Below, one piece after another: positions 29,762 to 38,191 of a stretch of 64,000 bases of DNA. The DNA comes from an uncultured Collinsella sp. (GTDB taxonomy: Bacteria > Actinomycetota > Coriobacteriia > Coriobacteriales > Coriobacteriaceae), in contig CAUDVX010000003.1 in the NCBI GenBank assembly GCA_958452935.1, forward strand, positions 5,387 to 69,386. Reading direction: 5' to 3'. Position 1 is the first letter of the stretch; each line of letters opens with the position of its first letter. The position numbers and the translations under genes are program-made. Under the pieces are notes generated by a model. It searched no databases. It saw nothing but the letters and a program-made list of their open reading frames with translations, and was not told where the DNA came from.

Positions 29762-30610
29762 CTACTCCTGCGCGTCGAAATCGGGGCGTATGGCCAGGTA
29801 GCCCGCGAGTGCTTCCTCAGTGGCGGTGTAGTAGGTCATGGTCCCGTCGAGCTTGGCAATCTCGGCCATCTCGTCTTCGGTGAGGGAGAAGTCGAAGATG
29901 TTCGCGTTGTCGGCGATGTGGGCGGAGTTCTTGGAGCCGGGGATGATGGAGGTTCCCATCTGCACGTGCCAGCGCAGGATCACCTGGGCCGGGGTCTTGT
30001 CGTACTTCTCGGCGAGCGCGACGAAGACGGGCTCCTCCAGAAGACCTTTGTCGCCGTGGCCGAGCGGGTACCACGCCTCGATCACCGTGCCGTACGGCGC
30101 GAGGTAGGCGCGCAGGTCGCGCTGGGCGTGGTAGGGGTGGCACTCAACGGTCACGAGCTGCGGCTTGATGTCGGCGACCTCGATGACCTCGGCAATCTTG
30201 TCTTGCGGGAAGTTGGAGAGGCCGAGGGCGCGCACCTTGCCCGCGCGGTAGGCCTCCTCCATCGTGCGCCACGCGGCCAGGTAGTCGCCTACCGGCTGGT
30301 GCAGGATGAGCATGTCGACGTAGTCGAGCCCTAGGCGCTGGAGCGTGGCGTCCACCGCCGGCATGCCCGCGTCGTAGACACTCGGCCAGAGCTTGGTGGA
30401 GACGAAGATCTTGTCGCGTGCGATGCCGCTCTTGGCGATGGCACGGCCCACGGCGCGCTCGTTCATGTAGGCGTTGGCGGTGTCGATGTGCTCGTAGCCA
30501 GCCGTGAGCGCGGCGGTTGCGGCCGCCTCGGCCTCGGCCGGGGTCATGAGGAAGGTGCCCAAACCCTCGATGGGCATCTCTACGTCGTTGTTGAGCTTCA
30601 GATACTCCAT
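29762..30610 (-). CDS. Aldo/keto reductase
   Basis: IDTANAYMNE, STKLWP, LILHQP, IIPGSKN. Confidence 0.9.
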   Translation of the reverse strand: MEYLKLNNDVEMPIEGLGTFLMTPAEAEAAATAALTAGYEHIDTANAYMNERAVGRAIAKSGIARDKIFVSTKLWPSVYDAGMPAVDATLQRLGLDYVDMLILHQPVGDYLAAWRTMEEAYRAGKVRALGLSNFPQDKIAEVIEVADIKPQLVTVECHPYHAQRDLRAYLAPYGTVIEAWYPLGHGDKGLLEEPVFVALAEKYDKTPAQVILRWHVQMGTSIIPGSKNSAHIADNANIFDFSLTEDEMAEIAKLDGTMTYYTATEEALAGYLAIRPDFDAQE

Positions 30611-30739
30611 GGTCTCCTCCTTAATGGTGACTTTTCGAATACAAGGCTACGGCGTTTACTGACGCGCGAGAAGTTCACGTTGGAATGATGGATATAACCA
30701 TGGGGTATATACGGCACATAATGCGTGACAGGAGGATCG

Positions 30740-31639
30740 ATGTACAACCCACAGCTTGACACTTTCATCCGCGTGGCGGAGGCGGGCAGCTTCTCCAAAG
30801 CGGCACAAGAGTCCTTCATCACGCCCACGGCCGTCATCAAGCAGATGAACTTGCTGGAGTCGCGGCTAGGTCTTACGCTGTTCCACCGATCGCATCAGGG
30901 GCTTTCGCTTACGCGAGCAGGTAGGTCGCTGCTCGCCGACGCCCGCCATATCGTGCAGTACTCTCAAGAATCAATCGCACGCGCCCGCGTCGCCGAGCGC
31001 GGAGAGAAGCGCATCATCCGCGTGGGAGTGTCGCTCATGACGCCCAGCACGCCGCTCACGAAGCTGTGGCCGAAGGTGAAGGAACGTTGCCCCGGCATGA
31101 GCCTTCAGGTGGTCACGTTTGAAAACACACCCTCGGCGGCGCGCGGTTTGGCGAACCTCGGGCAAGACATGGATATCGTGGTGGGGATTTTCGACGATGC
31201 CTTTCTTAAAGAGCGCGGGTGCTTGGGCCTCGAGCTTTCGCGCGAGCCGCTCTGGTGCGCCGTTCCCGTCGACAGCGAACTCGCCAAACGCGACATCGTC
31301 ACATTCAACGACCTCCACAATCACAGTCTTATGCTTATACGCCGGGGCTGGAACGCCGAAATCGACCGCGTGCGCGACGAGATACTCTTGCATCATCCTC
31401 AAATCGCGCTCGTAGACTTCCCGCAATATCGGGCGGAGGTGTTCAATCGCGGCGCGAACGAAGACCTCGCGCTTGCGACGCTGCCGTTGTGGGCCAACGT
31501 CCACCCCATGCTCAAAACCGTCCCTACCGATTGGGACTGTCTCGTGTCTTACGGACTGCTTCATTCGCTGCAGCCCGCAGACCATGTGCGGGAGTTCCTC
31601 GATGCGGTGTCTGCCGTGCTCGAGGCAAAGCATCGATAG
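30740..31639 (+). CDS. LysR-family regulator
   Basis: LDTFIRVAEAGSFSKAA...TPTAVIKQMNLLE; dyad TATAACC-N-GGTATA at ~30693-30710. Confidence 0.9.
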   Translation: MYNPQLDTFIRVAEAGSFSKAAQESFITPTAVIKQMNLLESRLGLTLFHRSHQGLSLTRAGRSLLADARHIVQYSQESIARARVAERGEKRIIRVGVSLMTPSTPLTKLWPKVKERCPGMSLQVVTFENTPSAARGLANLGQDMDIVVGIFDDAFLKERGCLGLELSREPLWCAVPVDSELAKRDIVTFNDLHNHSLMLIRRGWNAEIDRVRDEILLHHPQIALVDFPQYRAEVFNRGANEDLALATLPLWANVHPMLKTVPTDWDCLVSYGLLHSLQPADHVREFLDAVSAVLEAKHR

Positions 31640-31688
31640 GCAATCGCGAACAGATGCGCTTATGCCTATGGGAATAACGGGAATAACA

Positions 31689-31725
31689 GCCTCCGGACCC
31701 TCCGGTTCGGAGGCTTTCTTTTTCG
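31689..31725 (+). terminator. Terminator between convergent lysR and merR
   Basis: AGCCTCCGGACC-CTCC-GGTTCGGAGGCT followed by TTCTTTTT. Confidence 0.7.
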
Positions 31726-31775
31726 TTCTGCTCGGAAAGAGCCCCTTGCCAAAGCCCCTTGAGCATCGGGCGGCA

Positions 31776-32216
31776 TTATTGAGCGTGGGCGTTATTGTAG
31801 GTATCTTTGATCGCTTCCGGCAAATTGTCGGGAATCAGCGCCTTCAGTCTATCCTCGTTGCCATCCTGAATCGCTTGCTCGTAGTACCAGCATTTGAACT
31901 TCAACATGTCCAGCGCGCGGTTCATCTTCGCAATCTCCGACTCCATGTGGGCCTTTCGCTCCTCGAACATGGCCTTGCGCTTGGGATATGTCGATGGGCC
32001 CTCCGCGCACCATTCCATGAACAGCCGGATGTCCTTGATCTCCATCCCAGCCTTCTTCAGGCATTCGATGACCCGAAGCGCCTCGAGTTCCGTATCGCCG
32101 AATCGGCGAATGCCCGACGCCCGCTCCAATCCCGGGAACAGCCCCTGCTTGTCGTAATACCGCAGCGTGGAAACGGGCAGACCGAACATCTCCGCTACCT
32201 GTCCGATTGTGTACAT
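31776..32216 (-). CDS. MerR-family regulator (AdhR/NmlR-like)
   Basis: MYTIGQVA...TLRYYDKQGL...CLKKAGM. Confidence 0.9.
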   Translation of the reverse strand: MYTIGQVAEMFGLPVSTLRYYDKQGLFPGLERASGIRRFGDTELEALRVIECLKKAGMEIKDIRLFMEWCAEGPSTYPKRKAMFEERKAHMESEIAKMNRALDMLKFKCWYYEQAIQDGNEDRLKALIPDNLPEAIKDTYNNAHAQ

Positions 32217-32247
32217 GGTCCCTCCGGACGAATCTCGAATTTACTCC

Positions 32248-32278
32248 TTGACCTTAAGTTAGGTTTAGGTATTACCTT
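32248..32278 (+). promoter_or_regulatory. MerR-type promoter with 19-bp spacer
   Basis: TTGACC-19bp-TACCTT with imperfect dyad CCTTAAG-N4-GTTTAGG, divergent from merR. Confidence 0.7.
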
Positions 32279-32492
32279 TATTTTCGTCAATACAAATCGG
32301 GAGCGCAAGGGATTTTCGCCAAAGGCGCACGCTTGCCGGAACGGTATTCGCCGGCGGCTTGAACGGCGTGGGCGAAATCGGCGGGCATCCCGCTCTTGAG
32401 CAGGCGCGACGAATGGGCACAGGAGTCTAGGCGCGGCTTAGCTGGACGGAAGCAGTTTTGCACTCAAAACCATCGACAGGAGGAAATCGATC

Positions 32493-33260
32493 ATGGCAAT
32501 CAAACAGACAGCGGGCAGAGATGCCCTGGGGGACTTTGCTCCCAAATTCGCACAGCTCAATGACGATGTGCTGTTCGGTGAGGTGTGGAGCCGAGAAGAC
32601 GGGCTTTCCCTTCGAGACCGCAGCGTGGTGACGGTGGTTGCCTTGATGGCACAGGGGCTGACGGATTCTTCGTTCCAATACCATCTGATGTCCGCAAAGA
32701 ACAATGGCGTGACCAGGACGGAGATAGCGGAAATCCTTACGCATGCGGCGTTTTATGCGGGATGGCCCAAGGCGTGGGCGGCCTTTCGCATGGCGAAGGA
32801 GGTCTGGGCGGACGAGGACGACGGCGCCGACGCAAAGGCCCGACACCAAAACGAGATGGCCTTTCCCATCGGTGCCCCCAACGACGCATTCGCAAAGTAC
32901 TTTGTCGGGCAAAGCTACCTCGCGCCCCTTTCCACCGAGCAGGTCGGCATTTACAACGTTACGTTTGAGCCCGGCTGCCGCAACAACTGGCACACCCATC
33001 ACGCCAAAAGCGGCGGCGGGCAGATCCTCGTCTGCGTGGCTGGTCGGGGGTTTTACCAGGAATGGGGCAAACCGGCGCAGGAGCTGTGCCCTGGCGATGT
33101 AGTAAATATTCCCGCGGGCGTAAAGCACTGGCACGGTGCGGCGCCTGACAGTTGGTTCTCCCATCTCGCGGTGGAGGTTCCGGGCGAGGAGACCTCTAAC
33201 GAGTGGTTGGAGCCTGTGGACGAAGAGCAATACCTTAAAGCGACTGACAAGGAGGCTTAG
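32493..33260 (+). CDS. Carboxymuconolactone decarboxylase-cupin fusion
   Basis: NDDVLFGEVW, FYAGWPKAW; VTFEPGCRNNWHTH, KHWHGA. Confidence 0.88.
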   Translation: MAIKQTAGRDALGDFAPKFAQLNDDVLFGEVWSREDGLSLRDRSVVTVVALMAQGLTDSSFQYHLMSAKNNGVTRTEIAEILTHAAFYAGWPKAWAAFRMAKEVWADEDDGADAKARHQNEMAFPIGAPNDAFAKYFVGQSYLAPLSTEQVGIYNVTFEPGCRNNWHTHHAKSGGGQILVCVAGRGFYQEWGKPAQELCPGDVVNIPAGVKHWHGAAPDSWFSHLAVEVPGEETSNEWLEPVDEEQYLKATDKEA

Positions 33261-33262
33261 GC

Positions 33263-34234
33263 ATGGAGCAGTTGAAACTGACGCAGGAATGGGACAAGGT
33301 GTTCCCCAAAAACGACAAGGTTGAACACAGCAAGGCAACCTTCCACAACCGATACGGCATCACGCTGGCGGCCGACGTGTACGTACCTAAGAACGCGGAA
33401 GGCAAGCTGCCCGCAATCGCCGTCAGCGGCCCGTTTGGCGCGGTAAAGGAGCAATCGTCCGGCCTTTATGCGCAGAAGATGGCGGAGTTGGGCTTTTTCG
33501 TGCTTGCCTTCGATCCGTCCTATACCGGGGAGAGCGGCGGCGCGCCCCGCTATGTGGCATCGCCCGACATCAACACCGAGGACTTCTGCGCAGCGGTGGA
33601 TTTCCTTTCTGTGCAGGAAGGCGTTGACCCGGAGCGTATCGGCATCATCGGTATCTGCGGTTGGGGCGGCATGGCAGTCAATGCGGCGGCCATCGATACC
33701 CGTATCAAAGCAACCGCGGCTATGACCATGTACGATATGACCCGCGTGACCGCAAATGGCTATTTTGGCGCCGAGGATTCCGAGCAGGCACGCTTTGAAA
33801 AGCGGAAAGCGCTGAACGCGCAGCGCACCGAGGACTATAAAAACGGCAGCTATGCGCTGGCGGGCGGCGTGGTCGATTCGCTACCGGAGGACGCGCCGCA
33901 GTTTGTGGCGGACTATTACGCCTACTACAAGACTCCGCGAGGCTACCATCCCCGCAGCCTGAACTCCAACGGCGGCTGGAATGTGACGTCCTCGCTGCCG
34001 TTCCTGAATATGCCGATTTTGCAATACAGCAGCGAAATTCGCTCTGCGGTACTGCTGGTGCATGGCGAAAAGGCGCACTCCCGCTATTTCAGCGAAACCG
34101 CGTATAGCAAGCTGGCGGGGGACAACAAGGAATTGCTCATTATCCCCGGTGCCAGCCATACCGACCTCTACGATCAGATGGATATCATTCCGTTCGAAAA
34201 GCTGAAGGCATTCTTTGAGGAATACCTGAAATAA
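33263..34234 (+). CDS. Alpha/beta hydrolase (YghX/YcjY-like)
   Basis: GPFGAVKEQ, GICGWGG, HTDLYD. Confidence 0.85.
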   Translation: MEQLKLTQEWDKVFPKNDKVEHSKATFHNRYGITLAADVYVPKNAEGKLPAIAVSGPFGAVKEQSSGLYAQKMAELGFFVLAFDPSYTGESGGAPRYVASPDINTEDFCAAVDFLSVQEGVDPERIGIIGICGWGGMAVNAAAIDTRIKATAAMTMYDMTRVTANGYFGAEDSEQARFEKRKALNAQRTEDYKNGSYALAGGVVDSLPEDAPQFVADYYAYYKTPRGYHPRSLNSNGGWNVTSSLPFLNMPILQYSSEIRSAVLLVHGEKAHSRYFSETAYSKLAGDNKELLIIPGASHTDLYDQMDIIPFEKLKAFFEEYLK

Positions 34235-34429
34235 GGCGCGCCTTGATTCAATACCAAGCCCCCAGCAACGATTCTTCTAGTCATGGTCACAGCATACGAC
34301 TTCTGACCTGCGGAAACGCGCAGGGATAAAGCCGCTAGCTATGATTCCTTCCTCGAAATGGGTGAAGAGGGGCTGAAATGGCGAATCCATGCCCTCAGCC
34401 AGGATGTCTGCAACCTGTAATCCTGCCTG

Positions 34430-34624
34430 TTTTTGTCCCTGAGACAAAAATGAAACTGCGGGCCTTCGATGGCGAATAGTTTTCTGCGTTGTCCCACGTT
34501 TTGTCCCAAACGCCTACGCGAAGACACACGGCGGGATTCGGTGGCAAGATGGCCAAGACTGACGACCAACCTAGAATCAACTGGATTAGCGTCACTGCAA
34601 ACGCATGTGAAAGAGTGGGAATAA
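34430..34624 (+). mobile_element. att junction 4 (core 34613-34624) with TTGTCCC arm-type repeats
   Basis: GAGACAAAA (34441), TTGTCCC x2 (34489, 34501), CAACTGGA (34578) and GAGTGGGAATAA at nearly the same spacing as junctions 2 and 3. Confidence 0.75.
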
Positions 34625-34908
34625 TTAAGCCCCCTTGCTTTCGGGTTGATTCGCTCGCGTCCCCTGGGGCGGGCGATGTCCTCAACCGCGGCACGCGCCT
34701 CCTCTTGGCATCCCGGCGTCTCCAGCCAGTGTTGGACTGCTGCTGTCGTCTGTGCGTTGCTTGACGTTTCATGCATAATGCCAACCGCCCCGCGACATCA
34801 CGTTTGCAGCGCGCAGGGGCCGGAGAACCTTCGCGATGAGAGTTGACGTCTCATACCTTGCATCGTATAGTGTGTATAGCACAGTATATGACGAGAGGAG
34901 GTGTGCGG

Positions 34909-35229
34909 ATGGAGGCACAGATGAAGCGCGGCTTCCTGGAGGCCTGCGTGCTCGCGGCCGTCTCCGGCGAGGAGTCCTACGGCTACCAGATCGTGAAGGA
35001 CGTGCCGGCGAGCATGGGGCTCACGGAGTCGACGCTCTACCCGCTGCTCAAGCGCCTGGAGAAGGCCGGGTGCATCACGGCGCGCTCCGCCGAGCACAAC
35101 GGGCGGCTGCGCCGGTACTACCGCATCACGGACGACGGGCGAGCGCGCATCGAGGAGTTCCTGGCCGAGTGGCCGTCCGTACGGGAGATTTACGCATACG
35201 TTGAGGGGGCGCACCATGACGCGCGATGA
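34909..35229 (+). CDS. PadR-family regulator
   Basis: ESYGYQI, ESTLYPLLKRLE, RRYYRIT. Confidence 0.9.
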   Translation: MEAQMKRGFLEACVLAAVSGEESYGYQIVKDVPASMGLTESTLYPLLKRLEKAGCITARSAEHNGRLRRYYRITDDGRARIEEFLAEWPSVREIYAYVEGAHHDAR

Positions 35230-35839
35230 GTTTCTGGGCCGGTTGGGCGAGCTGCTCGCCTGCCTGCCGGCCGAGCAGGTGGAGGAGACCAAGGCGTTCT
35301 ATGCGGAGGCCATCGCCGACCGCATGGAGGACGGTATGAGCGAGGAGGAGGCCGTGGCCGCCATGGGCACGCCCGGCGAGGTGGCGGAGGCCACGCTCGA
35401 CGACCTGCCCGCCGTGCCGCGCGCGATCGCGAGGACGCGCCGGCGCAGCACCGCGCTGCTGTGGGTGCTGGCCATCGTGGGCTCCCCGGTGTGGGTGCCG
35501 CTGCTCGCCGCCTTCGCCGCCGTGGCCGTCACGGTCTATATCTGCATCTGGGTGCTGGCGCTCTGCGTGTGGATCGTCGCGGTGGCACTCGGGGGCGCGG
35601 GCGTAGTTGGGCTCCTGCTTGCCGTAAGCGGCGTCACCATCGGCCACTTCCCGTACGCCCTCGCCTCGGCGGGCGTGGGGCTCGGCCTCGTCGGCGTGGC
35701 GCTCTTCGTTGGTGCCGGCGCTTGGGCCGCCTCAAAACAAATTGCGCGCCTCTCGGCGCTCTGGGCGAGGAAGGCCGCCTCGCCCTTCTGGAAGAACAGG
35801 GGCGAGAAGGGCGGTACTGCCGCGCATCTCGCGGCGTAG
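35216..35839 (+). CDS. DUF1700 membrane protein
   Basis: MTRDEFL...GMSEEEAVAAMGTP followed by TM helices; typical PadR partner. Confidence 0.8.
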   Translation: MTRDEFLGRLGELLACLPAEQVEETKAFYAEAIADRMEDGMSEEEAVAAMGTPGEVAEATLDDLPAVPRAIARTRRRSTALLWVLAIVGSPVWVPLLAAFAAVAVTVYICIWVLALCVWIVAVALGGAGVVGLLLAVSGVTIGHFPYALASAGVGLGLVGVALFVGAGAWAASKQIARLSALWARKAASPFWKNRGEKGGTAAHLAA

Positions 35840-35854
35840 AAAGGAGTGAGTACC

Positions 35855-36136
35855 ATGACCAGCGCGAAGAAGATCTACCTCGCCGTGGCGGGAGGGCTCG
35901 TCGCCGCGGGCGTCGTCCTCGCGGGTATCGGCTTTATCGCTTCGGGTTTCGACCCGGCCGTGTTCACGACCCAGATAGACATGCGCGACGACACCATCGT
36001 CCTCGGCGGCGTCGAGGTGGACGACCCGACGGGCCTCCCCCTCATCGAGCAGCTCGCCGGAATCGGCGAGGTCGACACCTCCGGCATCACCGCCTCCGAG
36101 GCCCCTGCTGTCCCGGAGGCGCCCACCGCTCCCTAA
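35855..36136 (+). CDS. Small membrane-anchored protein
   Basis: RBS AAGGAG, N-terminal TM helix, in the PadR operon. Confidence 0.6.
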   Translation: MTSAKKIYLAVAGGLVAAGVVLAGIGFIASGFDPAVFTTQIDMRDDTIVLGGVEVDDPTGLPLIEQLAGIGEVDTSGITASEAPAVPEAPTAP

Positions 36137-36298
36137 GCATAGCGCGCTCGGACGCCCCGTCCGTCGAGCTGTGCAAGCCTGTGGAACCCGAGCCTCAACC
36201 CCAACCCAACCGGCCTCGAGCCTGCGTCGATTCGTTCCCCGCCCCGCGCGGGGGCCCATGACGCATACCCAAAATCCATCCGAGGAGAAAGGAACGCG

Positions 36299-36594
36299 AT
36301 GACGACAGCCACGCCCCTCCGCCTTCACGGGGTCACGAAGGCGTACCGCGGGAGGACTGTCCTCGGCCCCATCGACCTCGCCCTCGAAGCGGGGCGCGTC
36401 TACGGGCTCATCGGCGAGAACGGCGCCGGGAAGTCCACGCTCATCCGTATCGTCACTGGCACCGCCAGCCCCAGCTCGGGCTCGGTCGAGCTGTTCGGCG
36501 AGCGCGGCGAGCGCGGGCTTGCCGCCGCCCGGAGGCGCATGGGCTACATGCCCGACGCGAGCTCGGCCTACCCGGAGCTCTCCGCGCGGGAGAA
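36299..36594 (+). pseudogene. ABC transporter ATP-binding protein, truncated
   Basis: Walker A GENGAGKST; stops after ELSAREN, with no signature motif or Walker B. Confidence 0.8.
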
Positions 36595-36680
36595 TAGATT
36601 TGCAACGGTTGCTTAAACAATTTTTACAGGGACAGCCCTGCGTTCCTGAACTCAACTGGGCTCATGTAGTCCAGTGTCGA
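36595..36680 (-). mobile_element. IS3-family right-end remnant
   Basis: Minus strand encodes STLDYMSPVEFRNAGLSL*, followed by ~30 bp that ends at the ABC truncation point. Confidence 0.6.
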
Positions 36681-36788
36681 AGGGGCAGTCGCCCCAGTCC
36701 GTGTATCAGACCTGCGTGCCGCCGAGGGAGTTCTTCCTCCAGTAGGGCCAGTGCGGGACGTCCATCCTCTTCTCCTCCTTTCGGGGCG

Positions 36789-37238
36789 TCAGGCACCGGG
36801 CCTAAGGCCGCACCTACGCTCGAGCTCTGCCACGAGGGCGTCGTTGTCGGTCACCGAGACGATGGCGTCGCCGTCGTAGGGCGCCTCGATGTAGACGCGG
36901 TCGAGCGAGTTGGCCGTCCCCGCCCAGAGCGTCCTGGTGCGCCGGACGTCCTGCACGTGGGCGTAGGGTATCACCGAACGCGTCCCAGCGTACACGACGA
37001 CGAGGCGGTCGCCGTAGAGCTCGAGGCGGTTGCTGCGGACGGGAAGGGCAGCCAGGGCCACGAGGGCCGGGACGGGCAGCAGCGCGAGCCAGCCCCATAG
37101 GAGCGCGGGACTCGAGCTCAGGAAACACGCGATACACGCCGCGGATAAACCGCCCACCACAATCACCATGGCCGCCATGAACCACGGGTCTGTCCTGCCG
37201 GGGAACACCCGCTCCGGCCGCTCACCCTTCTCACCCAT
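36789..37238 (-). CDS. Bacterial PH-domain membrane protein (YyaB-like)
   Basis: Two TM helices, then IPYAHVQDVRRT...SLDRVYIE. Confidence 0.65.
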   Translation of the reverse strand: MGEKGERPERVFPGRTDPWFMAAMVIVVGGLSAACIACFLSSSPALLWGWLALLPVPALVALAALPVRSNRLELYGDRLVVVYAGTRSVIPYAHVQDVRRTRTLWAGTANSLDRVYIEAPYDGDAIVSVTDNDALVAELERRCGLRPGA

Positions 37239-38099
37239 TACGGCCTCCCTCCCGACGCCCCCCTGGCAGCGCGTGGGGCCGGAGAGTGCCTTGAACCCGT
37301 CGCCGACCATCTCGCCCCCTGTTCCGTGGGCCTTCTGTAGTGGTGTATACCCCCGACTGTTCGAGGGATGTCGTACGATTAAACGTTTTCGAACTTCTTT
37401 AAGACGGGTACGGCAGGATCGAGCAGATTGTTCGCGCGAGAGGCTCTCCGCCGCTGCGCCCGGTCTCGGGTTCGATGCGTCGACATCCGTCTCAGGTGGT
37501 GTCTCCGCTGCGCGACATTGCAGGAGGCAAAGCCGAGATGCCATGGGGCGCGCCGAAGCTTTGCCCGGGGGCGAAGATTCTAGGGGTCTGACGTGGCCCG
37601 GAGGGGAGACGGACATGTAAGCGCTTATGACCGAGGAGCTGGCCGAGGGCCCGCTGCCGCTGTACGCGACCGAGGGAGGGGCTCTCGCCCTCGACCGCGC
37701 AAGCCCGGAAGGCGAGGACTACCTTGACCTCTGGTGCTCGCTTACCATCAACCTTTCGGGTGGCCCCTTCGCTTCCACGTGGCGCATTCACGCTTGTGCC
37801 CGGCATCATGGACACGGGCGTCGCCAAGTTGGCCGACGGGGCGCAAGCCCCTGTTGACTCAACGTTCGACGAGATAAACCACATGTTCTCAAAACTCGGC
37901 TTTATCGATTACAATTCACGCCTCGCGCAAGGGCCGTTCTACTCCCCAAACCTAATCTGCCTGTCGCACGCCTCGAGGCGACGGGGCGGCGCCTTCTCGC
38001 GTGAGTCAATTCCCGTTTTACTGGTGCGGATCCCAACATGCCCTTATGCATGTTGCTCCGCCGCTTTCGAAACTTCAAAACCATTCGATTTTCAAAACT

Positions 38100-38111
38100 G
38101 AGTGGGAATAA
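38100..38111 (+). mobile_element. att junction 5 core GAGTGGGAATAA
   Basis: Fifth same-orientation EWE* core, intergenic; no clear arm repeats recognised. Confidence 0.6.
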
Positions 38112-38191
38112 GTTATCGGTACGCTTTTTTATAAAATGTAAAAAATCACCCCCATAACCGATAAAATGGACGCTGAGGAAAGGGGTGCATC

